DNA of 64,000 nucleotides from a virus: IMG/VR virus record IMGVR_UViG_3300028653_000010; one strand, 5' to 3'. Shown piece by piece: positions 36,720 to 46,422 of this stretch (position 1 is its first letter; each line of letters starts with the position of its first letter). The notes under the pieces were generated by a model. It saw only the letters and a program-made list of their open reading frames with translations, ran no database searches and was not told where the DNA came from. The position numbers and the translations under genes were made by a program.

Positions 36720-37499
36720 CTAATCGAGTGGAATACTGCCACTCATCATCTGATCCACAGTAGAGAATGACTCGGCAACACTAATCGGAGGAGGAGCTTC
36801 AGACTCACCTCTTGGTGGTTCCACCTGCTCTTCTACTTCTTCTAGAACAGGACTTACAGTTGGACTAGCGGTAACCGATGACTTTGGTGTCGGCTCAGGT
36901 TCTTCAGTGTCAGGCTTGGGGGGCTTCGAACCACCCTTGGTCGAATTAAACTTACCCGTGTAGTAAGGGTTGGTCGGATCAAGATGATAAACCCCACGCT
37001 CCCCCTCCTTGCGTTGGAAGATGTCGCCTTCACTCGACAAGGTGAATCGAATATACCCCATAGGATCTCTAGAGTTTGGCAGCCAACCCTTGGCTTTCAA
37101 CAATTCGTGAATCTGTTGAGCCTTCATATCCTTGTTGCGCATCACAATCTGGATGGCATCAATGATCCGCGGTGCCTTTCCGCTCGCTACTTTGATTGGC
37201 TTAGTCGGTGGGGTCGACTTCTTATGCTTCTTCTTTTTCTTGCTAGTCGAGGAAGTACTCACAGAGGTTGCGGAGTGGTGTTTGGTTGAGCTGACGGGGT
37301 GAGTTTCAGTACCGAGTAGCGTAGTGATAGTTGAATCACCATCAACATCGATATGCAAATCATCTATCCCGGCAATCGACTTCTTAATCTCTGAAATCCT
37401 CTGATTTGAGAGAGCCAGGACCTTCCTTTGGAATTCAATCTCGATGGCCAGAAGAGCTTCCAATCGCGACCTATGAAGGTCTGCAATACTAGTTGGCAT
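36720..37499 (-). CDS. putative winged-helix DNA-binding protein
   Basis: Coiled N-terminus, Lys-rich linker, IIDAIQIVM...QIHELLKAKGW...YIRFTLS...RGVYHL. Confidence 0.6.
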   Translation of the reverse strand: MPTSIADLHRSRLEALLAIEIEFQRKVLALSNQRISEIKKSIAGIDDLHIDVDGDSTITTLLGTETHPVSSTKHHSATSVSTSSTSKKKKKHKKSTPPTKPIKVASGKAPRIIDAIQIVMRNKDMKAQQIHELLKAKGWLPNSRDPMGYIRFTLSSEGDIFQRKEGERGVYHLDPTNPYYTGKFNSTKGGSKPPKPDTEEPEPTPKSSVTASPTVSPVLEEVEEQVEPPRGESEAPPPISVAESFSTVDQMMSGSIPLD

Positions 37500-37559
37500 A
37501 GTCCGATCCTTTCAGATGTACCTCGACCCGAGTTGGGACTTTATTAGACAGGCGAGCGA

Positions 37560-37588
37560 ATAGTACTTTAGGACCAATTAGGGTGCAA
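37560..37588 (-). promoter_or_regulatory. sigma70-type promoter
   Basis: TTGCAC-N17-TACTAT. Confidence 0.55.
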
Positions 37589-37614
37589 GCCTTAATCCTA
37601 GATTCGGGTTAGTT

Positions 37615-38139
37615 TCACTTTAGGGAAAGTCGGTCTATGATCTTCAGATGCAACAAGCTTTCGGAACCTTCGTGAATGCTGTCAAAATTACATTTTTGCA
37701 CTTGAAAACAAGTGGCAAGAACACCAGGGCCGGCCTTAAGACCATCGCAGTGTTCGCATAGATCAGTACCAAAGTTTGATCGATATCGGAGACGCGCACC
37801 CTCGTTCAAAGCTTCGTGGTACGCGGCCCTTAGATCTTCAGCTGCAAGATAAGCTTTTTCGAAGTCCCCTTCAAGGAAGGCCTTGAATAGGGTCTCAGAC
37901 GGGTCAACTACTCGAGTACCCGGAATTCTCGTGCCAGGTCTGTGTCCGAGATGATCCCGTAGCCTCGAAGAATTTTCTCTGACCGACCCTCCTGAATTGC
38001 CTTCTTGAGAGAGTACGTCCGCTGGTCTCCTGTCTTCTCCGCCAACCGAATCGCCTTCGAAGCTAGAGTGTCCCATTCCGCTGGGCTCTTTGGTAAATTG
38101 GACTTCTTCTCCGTCATCAATCTTGTTTTCATTAGTCAT
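37615..38139 (-). CDS. hypothetical Cys-containing protein (5' part overlaps another ORF)
   Basis: C-terminal half looks globular (CEHC...C...C). Start uncertain. Confidence 0.5.
   Translation of the reverse strand: MTNENKIDDGEEVQFTKEPSGMGHSSFEGDSVGGEDRRPADVLSQEGNSGGSVRENSSRLRDHLGHRPGTRIPGTRVVDPSETLFKAFLEGDFEKAYLAAEDLRAAYHEALNEGARLRYRSNFGTDLCEHCDGLKAGPGVLATCFQVQKCNFDSIHEGSESLLHLKIIDRLSLK
37908..38132 (-). CDS. hypothetical protein
   Basis: 74-aa helical-looking ORF coupled to the upstream stop (TAATG). Confidence 0.5.
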   Translation of the reverse strand: MKTRLMTEKKSNLPKSPAEWDTLASKAIRLAEKTGDQRTYSLKKAIQEGRSEKILRGYGIISDTDLAREFRVLE

Positions 38140-38482
38140 GATCCCCGAGAGAATCCTCAAGTTTTTTCAGTTTCGAGTCAATAACCTCATCCCCTTGATA
38201 CAGCAGCCTGAGGATCTCCTTTACCACTAACTCGCATTGACCTTGGCGTATCACTAAGGATTCAAAGGTATTCTTGATGTGAGTGACACTTTCGAGCAGG
38301 CCCTCAGCACCCTCCAAGTCTCCAACCAACGCTTCCATCTTGTTGGCAGCAACGATGAACTCATTGATCTTAGGAGCTAGTTCAGTCAGACTACTGAGGC
38401 TTGATAGGCCTTCAATAACCTTTAGAGGATTGCTGATCCCTTTGCGTTCTTGTTGGCGCCGGATTTTACGTAACGCACTCAT
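38132..38482 (-). CDS. hypothetical protein
   Basis: 116-aa ORF in the operon. Confidence 0.6.
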   Translation of the reverse strand: MSALRKIRRQQERKGISNPLKVIEGLSSLSSLTELAPKINEFIVAANKMEALVGDLEGAEGLLESVTHIKNTFESLVIRQGQCELVVKEILRLLYQGDEVIDSKLKKLEDSLGDHD

Positions 38483-38820
38483 CGATCCGTCGTGCTCCCA
38501 CGATAAATTGTGTAGTATGGAAGACAGTCAGCCTTGTTGAACTCACTCTGAGCTAGGTCATCCTCTTGCGTAGTCGGCAGCAAGGGTACCTGCTCCAAGA
38601 GTTGAAGGATCTCAAGGCAAGTCGTCACGCGTGCAAGATCTAGCCGGGCTTGTGGGTTGTGCTGGATGATATCCACTACTTGAGCCTTACCCACTCCACC
38701 CTGATCTAGCATGCAAACTCCGCCTTCAAACCAGTAGTTGTTACTCACATCCCCGTCACACAACGAGGGTACTACCATCCCCTCGCAACGGTCCCAGCAG
38801 CTTGGTTCGGTGTCTGACAT
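38479..38820 (-). CDS. hypothetical protein
   Basis: ORF preceded by the variant GGTGTC. Confidence 0.5.
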   Translation of the reverse strand: MSDTEPSCWDRCEGMVVPSLCDGDVSNNYWFEGGVCMLDQGGVGKAQVVDIIQHNPQARLDLARVTTCLEILQLLEQVPLLPTTQEDDLAQSEFNKADCLPYYTIYRGSTTDR

Positions 38821-38850
38821 GATCCTCAAGACACCGAACAGACAAGAATT

Positions 38851-39105
38851 TCATCGGGGGAGCCACTCCATCTTGAAGACTCCTTTGGACTCTCCTGAAA
38901 TGACTACATGATAGTTGACCCCATTGAATATTTTTCTGGATGCTTGGTACGATGGACTATCGTGAGTTCTGACAAACTCAACTACCCTAGCTATGAAGTC
39001 ATCTGGGTTACTTGTCTCAACCGATGATTCTGCCTCTTCAAGAGTGAAGTCTGGTGAGTTAGCGTTGAGTGCTTCTTGCAGTGGTGATAATTCTTCGAGA
39101 TCCAT
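38851..39105 (-). CDS. hypothetical protein
   Basis: 84-aa ORF starting 2 nt after the previous stop. Confidence 0.6.
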   Translation of the reverse strand: MDLEELSPLQEALNANSPDFTLEEAESSVETSNPDDFIARVVEFVRTHDSPSYQASRKIFNGVNYHVVISGESKGVFKMEWLPR

Positions 39106-39107
39106 GG

Positions 39108-39965
39108 CTAACCTTGCAGAATCTTCAGGTGCTCTCTACTTGAATCACTTCGATGGTGGTTATTCGAGCGATCAGCCGCATAGCAGTATTTACACCCGAC
39201 GCTGCACGACTCGTTGATTCCAAAAGGATCCACCATCAAGACACAACCGCATCCCTCCGACGGGGGCTTGTCACGCTTCGGGAGAGCAAAGTCCTCAGGT
39301 GGAGCGCAAACCCCAGATCCAACATTAGGGTGCAGGTCAGGATGCTGCATTAATAGCTTGTCTTCATTGCACAAAAGGACCCTGACCCCATACTGTTGGG
39401 CTACTTCACCCATCTGAACCAATATGTCCAAGCGATCACCCTCCGAGCGAGTCTCAGGCATCAAATCATTCTCTTGAAGGAACGAGGCATAGACCCTCTT
39501 CATTCCTTCTTCCGAAGACCGAGCCATAATGAGCTGAAAGCGCCGGATTAGTTCGTCTTGGGGTAGTATTGGGATCGGAGAGAACCTCCAGTAGACATTA
39601 TCAGGACCTAGTAGATGATTGGCCAACGACAGTAGGTTAGCCCCATTGTTGATGTCAGGAGCCTTGGGCTCGACTTCTTCCCACCCCGTCACCGTGACGT
39701 GGAGCTTGACCTTGTACCCCTTCTCAGGCAAGTTCTCCCAGATGACATTGGTTGGATCTTTCGTCCAAAAGATCAGACCAAGGGTGTCATCGGCGCGCAG
39801 AGACCACCGATAGGGTACCATCTGCTCTGGATGAAAGCCTAGCATCTCCCTTTGCTTCATGATTGCTTTGAAAAAGTCCCACTTGTCCATTGGGACATCA
39901 GTCCAGCGTGAGAGCGAGTACGGGAAGTTGAGTTCCTTCCCACTGAGTGCTTTGGGGTTAGCCAT
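39108..39965 (-). CDS. DUF1848-family (radical-SAM/SPL-related) protein
   Basis: SLSRWTDVP, IFWTKDP, WRFSPI; C-terminal CGC...CSVGCKYCYA. Confidence 0.75.
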   Translation of the reverse strand: MANPKALSGKELNFPYSLSRWTDVPMDKWDFFKAIMKQREMLGFHPEQMVPYRWSLRADDTLGLIFWTKDPTNVIWENLPEKGYKVKLHVTVTGWEEVEPKAPDINNGANLLSLANHLLGPDNVYWRFSPIPILPQDELIRRFQLIMARSSEEGMKRVYASFLQENDLMPETRSEGDRLDILVQMGEVAQQYGVRVLLCNEDKLLMQHPDLHPNVGSGVCAPPEDFALPKRDKPPSEGCGCVLMVDPFGINESCSVGCKYCYAADRSNNHHRSDSSREHLKILQG

Positions 39966-40009
39966 CGTGGATCAGAGTACCCTTTAGAGCCGGTGTATTC
40001 AATTGGCAA

Positions 40010-40567
40010 ATGGGAAGACTAAACGATCTAGTGACCGAATCGTACAAGATTGCTATGGAGCATGGGTGGCATGACGAGGAGAGATCTCTTGCAGCTCTCA
40101 CCTTGCTCATGCAGAGTGAGGTAGCCGAGATCCTAGAAGAGTATCGAAAGCACAAGGGACTCACTGAAGTCTGGTATGAAGTGCACCACGAAGCTGATGG
40201 GTGCCACTACACCACGATCGGCGCACCCGGTGACAAGCCTTGCGGAATACCCGTTGAGCTTGCGGACCTGGTAATTCGTATAGCTGACTACTGCGGAAAG
40301 TACAACATAGATCTGGAGACTTACGTCAAGAACGGCCCACAACCACTTACAGAGGCTGACTTTGAAGAATGGTTGGCGCGCATTAACTACGCTCTGTCCA
40401 AAGCTTGGTCAGATCACGTACTAGGGATGGCTTTCTGGATGGCTGTAGCCGTGACTTATTCCTTCCAAATGGCTGAGGTCGTTGGTATAGATCTATGGGC
40501 AGTCATTGATGAGAAGACCGCTTTCAACCGGACAAGGCCCTATCGTCATGGCGGCAAGAAAATCTAA
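40010..40567 (+). CDS. MazG-like NTP pyrophosphohydrolase
   Basis: SEVAEILEEYR, VELADLVIRIAD, KTAFNRTRPYRHGGK. Confidence 0.85.
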   Translation: MGRLNDLVTESYKIAMEHGWHDEERSLAALTLLMQSEVAEILEEYRKHKGLTEVWYEVHHEADGCHYTTIGAPGDKPCGIPVELADLVIRIADYCGKYNIDLETYVKNGPQPLTEADFEEWLARINYALSKAWSDHVLGMAFWMAVAVTYSFQMAEVVGIDLWAVIDEKTAFNRTRPYRHGGKKI

Positions 40568-41225
40568 GGCTCCAAAGGCCCCGCCGCCGGAATACGAAGA
40601 ACTTCGTCACACCAAGCCATTTATCATAGGGGCCGACGAGTGCGGGTACGGTAGCTGGGCTGGTCCCCTCATAGTTTGCGCGGTTGCGGTCAAGCACGAT
40701 TGGCGACCGCCCAAGGACTTAAATGACTCGAAGAAGGTCCGCCCCAAGAAGAGGGAGGAGCTGTTCGGATGGCTGAAGTCCAGGGTACCCTATGCAATCG
40801 CCATGGCTCAATCGGAAGAAATTGACCGTCATGGGGTCATGCTGTCCTTACGCCGGTGCTACCGAGAAGTGGTCCAGTCCATCCTCGCCCAGTACCCGGA
40901 GTCGCTCATCATACTCGACGGTGAAGTCAAACTACCCGGAGTTAACCACCTGAACTTCCCTGAAGCCGATGGCATTGTCCCCGCGGTGATGGCAGCCAGC
41001 ATCATTGGCAAGGTACTACACGACCGTTACATGTGGCAGCTGGCCGAGAAGTACCCTGGATACAACCTCCACGAGAATCAAGGATACGGAACCAAAGAGC
41101 ATCAGGAAGCTATCAAACGCCTAGGGGTCACTCCAATCCATCGTATCACCTACATCAAGACAGAGAAGCTCAAGACCATTGAAGAGATGCAGGCGGCGGA
41201 TGACGTTGGGATCTCTCTCAGCTAG
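40548..41225 (+). CDS. rnhB: ribonuclease HII
   Basis: GADECGYGSWAGP, LNDSKK, LDG, AASIIGKV.HD, GYGT..H. Confidence 0.9.
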   Translation: MAARKSKAPKAPPPEYEELRHTKPFIIGADECGYGSWAGPLIVCAVAVKHDWRPPKDLNDSKKVRPKKREELFGWLKSRVPYAIAMAQSEEIDRHGVMLSLRRCYREVVQSILAQYPESLIILDGEVKLPGVNHLNFPEADGIVPAVMAASIIGKVLHDRYMWQLAEKYPGYNLHENQGYGTKEHQEAIKRLGVTPIHRITYIKTEKLKTIEEMQAADDVGISLS

Positions 41226-41515
41226 CATGTGCAAGGGTTGCAGATAGGACAGACGTCATCCCCATGCTTGTCACACTCGATGGGGATGGCGCAGCTTATT
41301 GCTAGCCTCAAGGGGCAGTCCTCCTTGTGTTGTCTTACCAGCTCACAGACGCACTGAAGGTGACCGCAATCGCAGTCCTCGACCCTACCGGCCTTCTTGA
41401 AGTCCTCCAGGCTCATCTCTCTAGAACCTGGAGGGAGCACACCGTTCAAAACGCAGTCGGCTTGCTGTTCTGGTGTTGTGGAAGCTGGGACTATAAGGAC
41501 CTCGGGGAACCTCAT
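41222..41515 (-). CDS. Cys-rich small protein
   Basis: Multiple CxC/CxxC motifs. Confidence 0.6.
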   Translation of the reverse strand: MRFPEVLIVPASTTPEQQADCVLNGVLPPGSREMSLEDFKKAGRVEDCDCGHLQCVCELVRQHKEDCPLRLAISCAIPIECDKHGDDVCPICNPCTC

Positions 41516-41847
41516 GGGCGCACCCGCTGAGGGTCTTTGGTGAGCCGCCAGGTGTCCAACTCGAAGTCAGGCGGTAGCTCTCCTCCCACCAAACCCTTGA
41601 TAACAGCAGCCACGTCCTTCGGAGTAAAGCTGTTCTTGTGGAGGGGGGCACTGTCGTGGTTGTCCTCGTGATCCCGAGTCCACAACTTGGACTCGAATCG
41701 AGCACTCACGTACTTCTTTGAATCCATTCGGAATGTGAGTTTAACAACCTTTGAGGTCTCACCGTCAAGATGGGAAGACCCGAACTTGATGACATACGGG
41801 TAGGTTCTGCCTTCTACGAGTATGCTCTTCTTACCTGGCATCGTCAT
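41512..41847 (-). CDS. hypothetical protein
   Basis: 111-aa ORF with TATAAT upstream. Confidence 0.6.
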   Translation of the reverse strand: MTMPGKKSILVEGRTYPYVIKFGSSHLDGETSKVVKLTFRMDSKKYVSARFESKLWTRDHEDNHDSAPLHKNSFTPKDVAAVIKGLVGGELPPDFELDTWRLTKDPQRVRP

Positions 41848-41874
41848 TGCCAGGTAATTATACAGAAACCGTAT

Positions 41875-42180
41875 TCAAAGTAAAGAAGACAGCTCGGATA
41901 CTGGCATCTTGCCCTTGGGGCCCGTGATTAACCCTCGTTCAATGGGCCAATCTTTGGGGGTTGCAAGCAAGCTTATGTCCCGCCCACGAACGAAGGCCTC
42001 TGCAATAGCAAAAGACACCCCCTTCTGTAGTCCAGTGGCATCTCGAATACTATCCCCGACGCGCTCCGCCTTGTGCTGTTTCGTCTCTTTGGGTTCGTAC
42101 TTGAAGGCCGTGTGGTCAGTAGATGCCGCTTGGTACCTACTAGCTACTCGCTGGATGATGCAGAGATAGTCGGACATCAC
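41875..42180 (-). CDS. hypothetical protein with RVASRY motif
   Basis: IIQRVASRYQAA. Confidence 0.65.
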   Translation of the reverse strand: MMSDYLCIIQRVASRYQAASTDHTAFKYEPKETKQHKAERVGDSIRDATGLQKGVSFAIAEAFVRGRDISLLATPKDWPIERGLITGPKGKMPVSELSSLL

Positions 42181-42190
42181 TTCTCCAGAC

Positions 42191-42667
42191 TCAGATCACA
42201 ATTCCAAGCTCACCGAAGTCCTCGACTACCTTCAATAGGCTGTCAGCATCATGTACATCGTCAGTGATGAGCCGCCTGAGTTCACGGTCACGAATCTTGC
42301 GATTGATGTCATTGAAGTCATCAAGTAGGTTATCAACTCCAGCCAATTCCTGGGAGACCGAATCTAATAGGCGATCCTTATCCCGCCTCCACTCGACTAA
42401 CTTGGATTCCAGGTCTTCCGGAAGAGACATCGCTTCCATATACTTGGAAGCAACTCTCTTAACAAGCAGAGCGTTGTAGAATCCAAGGAGGGGTTGAGCT
42501 GCAGCTTCCTTCTTCAGGTATTCCTCTGTCGGCTTGTGACAACTCGGAGAGCCAGGATTCTTGTGCTTGCAGTAGATGGACCAAGCGGTTGCCCAAGCCT
42601 GTTCATCACTATACCCCGGGTTGCTTTTCTTGACTTCTTTGAAGTACTTATCTACTGGGCTAGGCAT
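42191..42667 (-). CDS. hypothetical protein with RVASKY motif (N-terminus ChaB-like)
   Basis: EQAWATAWSIY; FYNALLVKRVASKY. Confidence 0.65.
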   Translation of the reverse strand: MPSPVDKYFKEVKKSNPGYSDEQAWATAWSIYCKHKNPGSPSCHKPTEEYLKKEAAAQPLLGFYNALLVKRVASKYMEAMSLPEDLESKLVEWRRDKDRLLDSVSQELAGVDNLLDDFNDINRKIRDRELRRLITDDVHDADSLLKVVEDFGELGIVI

Positions 42668-42673
42668 TTGTTA

Positions 42674-42955
42674 TTACCCCTTTACAATAACTAGATCTCG
42701 CAAGCGAGCATCGTTTGAATCTGCACGGAGTGTCCAACGTGCTCCTACTGCCTTCTGATCCCGACCGTTCCCGTCCCACTCGATATGGCAACCAGGAATG
42801 TCTACCTCAGTATCAGCCGTGATATCAGTCACCCCACGAGCATTGAGCTGGTTTAGTCTAGTAATCCTCTTAGGGGGAGCGGTTGCAAAACGGGATGCCA
42901 CTTTTGAGGCAAGTACTGCGTTTTCAAACTCTCGGACTGGATCAAGATTTTCCAT
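42674..42955 (-). CDS. hypothetical protein with KVASRF motif
   Basis: ATG 42955 follows the upstream stop; FENAVLASKVASRF. Confidence 0.65.
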   Translation of the reverse strand: MENLDPVREFENAVLASKVASRFATAPPKRITRLNQLNARGVTDITADTEVDIPGCHIEWDGNGRDQKAVGARWTLRADSNDARLRDLVIVKG

Positions 42956-42956
42956 A

Positions 42957-44198
42957 TTAACCTCTGTACCGCCTAACCACTCTCGAGATGATATCGATGG
43001 AAGCAACCTTCTCGGACCCCCCATCATTATTCTTGACGAACCAGATCTCACTAACTCCAGACAAGTCAATCTTCACAACATCTTCGTCGTCACCGACTGG
43101 CTCTTCTGTGGTGGACTCTTCGTCTTCTGCAGGCTCTTCCTCTGTAGACTCGTCGTCACCCTCATCCAAGTAACCCAAGGATGAGTCCAGAGCATCATCA
43201 TCGAAGTTCTCCAACTCCTTGGCTACCGATGCTGTGATGAAGTTACCTAACACCTCATCAGTGTCAGGCTCGCCACCCTTGGAAGCTTCCTCAGCGTACC
43301 GGAACAACATGACCTGCGGGTTGCCTGTCGATGCCAAGTGGGACATCAGACCTTCAACTCCGTGCCCTATGTGACCTAGCTCATCCAGAACATGAAGATG
43401 CCCCATAGCGCGCGAGACTGCCTTCAGAGCGATGTGGCGTGACATCCCTTTGATGAGTGCACCAGCCGCACCTAATGGCCCACTAGAGGTCAAAGCTGCT
43501 GCAGCAATCCCAATGGCTAGGTGAGTAGCCACAGTCTTGACTGCCTTCTTCTGGCCCGCACTCATCTTCTTACCACGAAGAGCTGAGGCGATACCGTGGC
43601 TGGCTTCCTTGTACTCGTGGACCTCGTGCTTGACAGTATTCACCACACCCTTGGCAAACTTCTCAGGTGCAGTTACTAGGGACTTGTGGATACCCTGCAG
43701 AGTTTTGCGACGGAAACCATCATCCTCCAGGAACCTCTTAACCTCTTTTGGGGCCTTTGCAACGAAGTCTCGTGCCTTATCACCGAGTCCCTCTAGTCGT
43801 TGCTTCCAATTCTTCTTAGGACTCTCAGGGGTTTCACGATCTTGGGGGGCTTCACCCCTCGGTTTAGTCCCACCCTTCCCCTTACTTTGAGACTTCTCCA
43901 TCCAAGCCTTAAACGCCTCGACCGCCTTCTCTCTGAAGTGGGGGTTCTTGAGGGCAGTGCTGAATGAAACTTGTGGGTGTCGTTGCCGCGACAAAGGGTC
44001 AGGATTCGGGTTGGAAACTAACTTCTTGCCGCCATCCTGAGTAGCGTCTAGCCACTCCTTCCAACGAGGTGGGGGTCCACTAGAATGTGACTCTTCCTCA
44101 GAATCATCACCTATGGCAATCTTCTGGAACCGTGTAGCTACACGGAGGCTCAGTACCTGATCACTGGCCGAATTCGCGCGGGTGGTCTTGTAAGACAT
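42957..44198 (-). CDS. hypothetical (possible virion-associated) protein with RVAxRF motifs at both ends
   Basis: LSLRVATRF at the N-terminus, ISRVVRRY at the C-terminus; central hydrophobic segment. Confidence 0.75.
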   Translation of the reverse strand: MSYKTTRANSASDQVLSLRVATRFQKIAIGDDSEEESHSSGPPPRWKEWLDATQDGGKKLVSNPNPDPLSRQRHPQVSFSTALKNPHFREKAVEAFKAWMEKSQSKGKGGTKPRGEAPQDRETPESPKKNWKQRLEGLGDKARDFVAKAPKEVKRFLEDDGFRRKTLQGIHKSLVTAPEKFAKGVVNTVKHEVHEYKEASHGIASALRGKKMSAGQKKAVKTVATHLAIGIAAAALTSSGPLGAAGALIKGMSRHIALKAVSRAMGHLHVLDELGHIGHGVEGLMSHLASTGNPQVMLFRYAEEASKGGEPDTDEVLGNFITASVAKELENFDDDALDSSLGYLDEGDDESTEEEPAEDEESTTEEPVGDDEDVVKIDLSGVSEIWFVKNNDGGSEKVASIDIISRVVRRYRG

Positions 44199-44224
44199 CC
44201 AACCATACGCGGGCTATCAAAGGA

Positions 44225-45487
44225 TCAAGCTGATAGAGTTTGCTCCCGTAGGGTCAACAACCCAGTTCCATTAGTCACAGTATCCTCAGTAACTGTGATA
44301 GCCTCAACTAGCGGGTTACTTGGCGCGTCAAATGACAATTGTTTGAGAGCCAACTCCACAATTGACCTCAACGCACGAGCTCCAGTCTTGCGTTTCTTGG
44401 CCTCTTGTGCGATCTTTCTCAAAGACCCTTCACTGAAGTCCAACTTGATCCCATCGATCTCGAACAGACGTTTCATCTGTCGTATGATACTATTTTTGGG
44501 TTCGGTGAGGACTTGAATCATCTGGTCCTCAGTCAACTCGATGGTGCTTGTTAGGACTGGTAGACGCCCTACCATCTCTGGGATGATCCCGAACTCCAGG
44601 ATGTCCTCCTCGGTCACGCCCTCATAAGCTCGCGTAATGTCAACTTTTTCCCTAGATACTGCACCAAATCCAACTGCTGCTAGCTTGTTGATTCGTCTTC
44701 CAATGATCTCTTGAATCCCATCAAAGGAGCCCGCACATACGAACAGGATGTTCGTAGTATCCACAATGTCAATGGTCTGCATCAACCCGCCGCCCATCTT
44801 ATTGATCCCGCGCGGTACTCGCGCCTTGGTCCCTTCGAGGAGTTTGAGAAGTGCCTGCTGAACACCCTCACCGGATACATCTCGATACCCGGAGCGGTCC
44901 CGACCGCTACCGCGCGCAATCTTGTCGACCTCATCAATGAGGACGATCCCCCATTGAGACCGCTCAACATCCCCACCCGAGTTGAGTATCAGCCCCTGAA
45001 TCAGACTCTCGACGTCATCTCCGACGTACCCCGCTTGAGTCAATGTAGTAGCGTCACCTACGTGGAAAGGTACGTTCAGCATCCGAGCTAACGTCCTGAA
45101 TATGTGAGTCTTTCCGCTACCGGATGGCCCCAAGAGTAGGATATTGCTCTTGTCGATCTCGACGTCCCCCTCTTTAACGTCCTCTTTCTTGAGGTTTCTC
45201 CGCTTATAGTGGTTGTAAACTGCCGTAGATATTGCTATCTTGGCGGATTCCTGCCCAATCACGTATTGGTCAAGGTGAGCTTTGATCTCATGAGGCTTGA
45301 GTAGCACCTCTGGCTCGGGCTCATGGATTACACCCGCCTCCTTGGCCTCATTGAACTGAGTGCTACAGTCGGTGGAACAACTCTGGCAAATATACGGACC
45401 CTGGTCAGTAGCTGCTATCAAGTGTCCACAAATATTGCTTGGGCGGTCGCAAAAACTACAACGACTGATTTCAGACGGAACTGGCAT
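44225..45487 (-). CDS. clpX: ATP-dependent Clp protease ATP-binding subunit ClpX
   Basis: Zn-binding CSFC..CQSC; GPSGSGKT; AGYVGDDVE; DEVDK; [14 protein letters not shown]; VGF loop; TGARALR. Confidence 0.95.
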   Translation of the reverse strand: MPVPSEISRCSFCDRPSNICGHLIAATDQGPYICQSCSTDCSTQFNEAKEAGVIHEPEPEVLLKPHEIKAHLDQYVIGQESAKIAISTAVYNHYKRRNLKKEDVKEGDVEIDKSNILLLGPSGSGKTHIFRTLARMLNVPFHVGDATTLTQAGYVGDDVESLIQGLILNSGGDVERSQWGIVLIDEVDKIARGSGRDRSGYRDVSGEGVQQALLKLLEGTKARVPRGINKMGGGLMQTIDIVDTTNILFVCAGSFDGIQEIIGRRINKLAAVGFGAVSREKVDITRAYEGVTEEDILEFGIIPEMVGRLPVLTSTIELTEDQMIQVLTEPKNSIIRQMKRLFEIDGIKLDFSEGSLRKIAQEAKKRKTGARALRSIVELALKQLSFDAPSNPLVEAITVTEDTVTNGTGLLTLREQTLSA

Positions 45488-45660
45488 AGAGGGGCAATAC
45501 TACACCAGGAGGAGCTCTAGAATCAAGGATTAGCTCTGAATTTACAGATAAATCTCTGAGCTACTTTGGCGGTGATCTCGTAAGATAGGTACCGGCCAAC
45601 TGATATGAATTGATCCGAGCTCTTGTGCTTGAAGTACTCAACCTGGCGCAGGCGCACAGG

Positions 45661-46422
45661 TCACACCTCAGCGTAGACGATGCAATCCTCATTCCACTTG
45701 AGGCCCTTGCAATGAACTTTGCCATTCTTCTCGATGATGCAAACTCCACCCTCGCCAAAATCATTGGGGCACTCGTACCCATGACGATTCGAGACTACAA
45801 GAGTTACCTTGTTCTCCTCAGCGAACTCCATCCAACTGATGGCTGGGAACCCACCATCACCCCAGTTGGCGCTCAGGGTAACGATGTCAGCGTCACCAGG
45901 CTCATAAAAACTGTTCCACTTGTCGTCTTTCTTATCCCTGACGTCACGACAAATGAGAAGACCAACACGCTTGTCCTCGAACTGGCACTTGATTACTGGT
46001 GGGTTGGACATCCCTTTAGATGCCCACAGAAAGTCGTTGCCAAAGAAGTTGATCTTGCGGTAACTATCGAAGTACCCACTGGGTTCGTAGTACAACTGTG
46101 AATTGTAGATCTTGTGGGTACCCTGATCCAACTCGATGAACCCAGCAACGATACAGATATCAAGCTGACGAGACAGCATACTGTACACGTACAGGTCTGA
46201 CTCTGGATTGAGTGCATCCGCATCCTCCAACCAAGCAAGACTCTCCGCAAAGGGCCGAGCCTCGTCTTCATCCATGAGGGAGTAACCAACCGAAGCCAGC
46301 TCAGGGAGGACTACTAGCTTGGCCCCATTGGTTGCCGCTTCAATGACAAGCTTAGCCAACCGAAGCAGGTTTGCTCTCTTGTCCTTGAATACCGGACAGA
46401 ACTGTACGGCTGCTACTTTCAT
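45661..46422 (-). CDS. carbon-nitrogen hydrolase (nitrilase superfamily)
   Basis: E-K-C triad: VLPEL, YRK, LICRD. Confidence 0.85.
   Translation of the reverse strand: MKVAAVQFCPVFKDKRANLLRLAKLVIEAATNGAKLVVLPELASVGYSLMDEDEARPFAESLAWLEDADALNPESDLYVYSMLSRQLDICIVAGFIELDQGTHKIYNSQLYYEPSGYFDSYRKINFFGNDFLWASKGMSNPPVIKCQFEDKRVGLLICRDVRDKKDDKWNSFYEPGDADIVTLSANWGDGGFPAISWMEFAEENKVTLVVSNRHGYECPNDFGEGGVCIIEKNGKVHCKGLKWNEDCIVYAEV

Noticed and set aside
45531-45563. Hairpin TAGCTC...GAGCTA upstream of clpX
   Set aside because: Imperfect stem without a clear U tract; at most a weak terminator.
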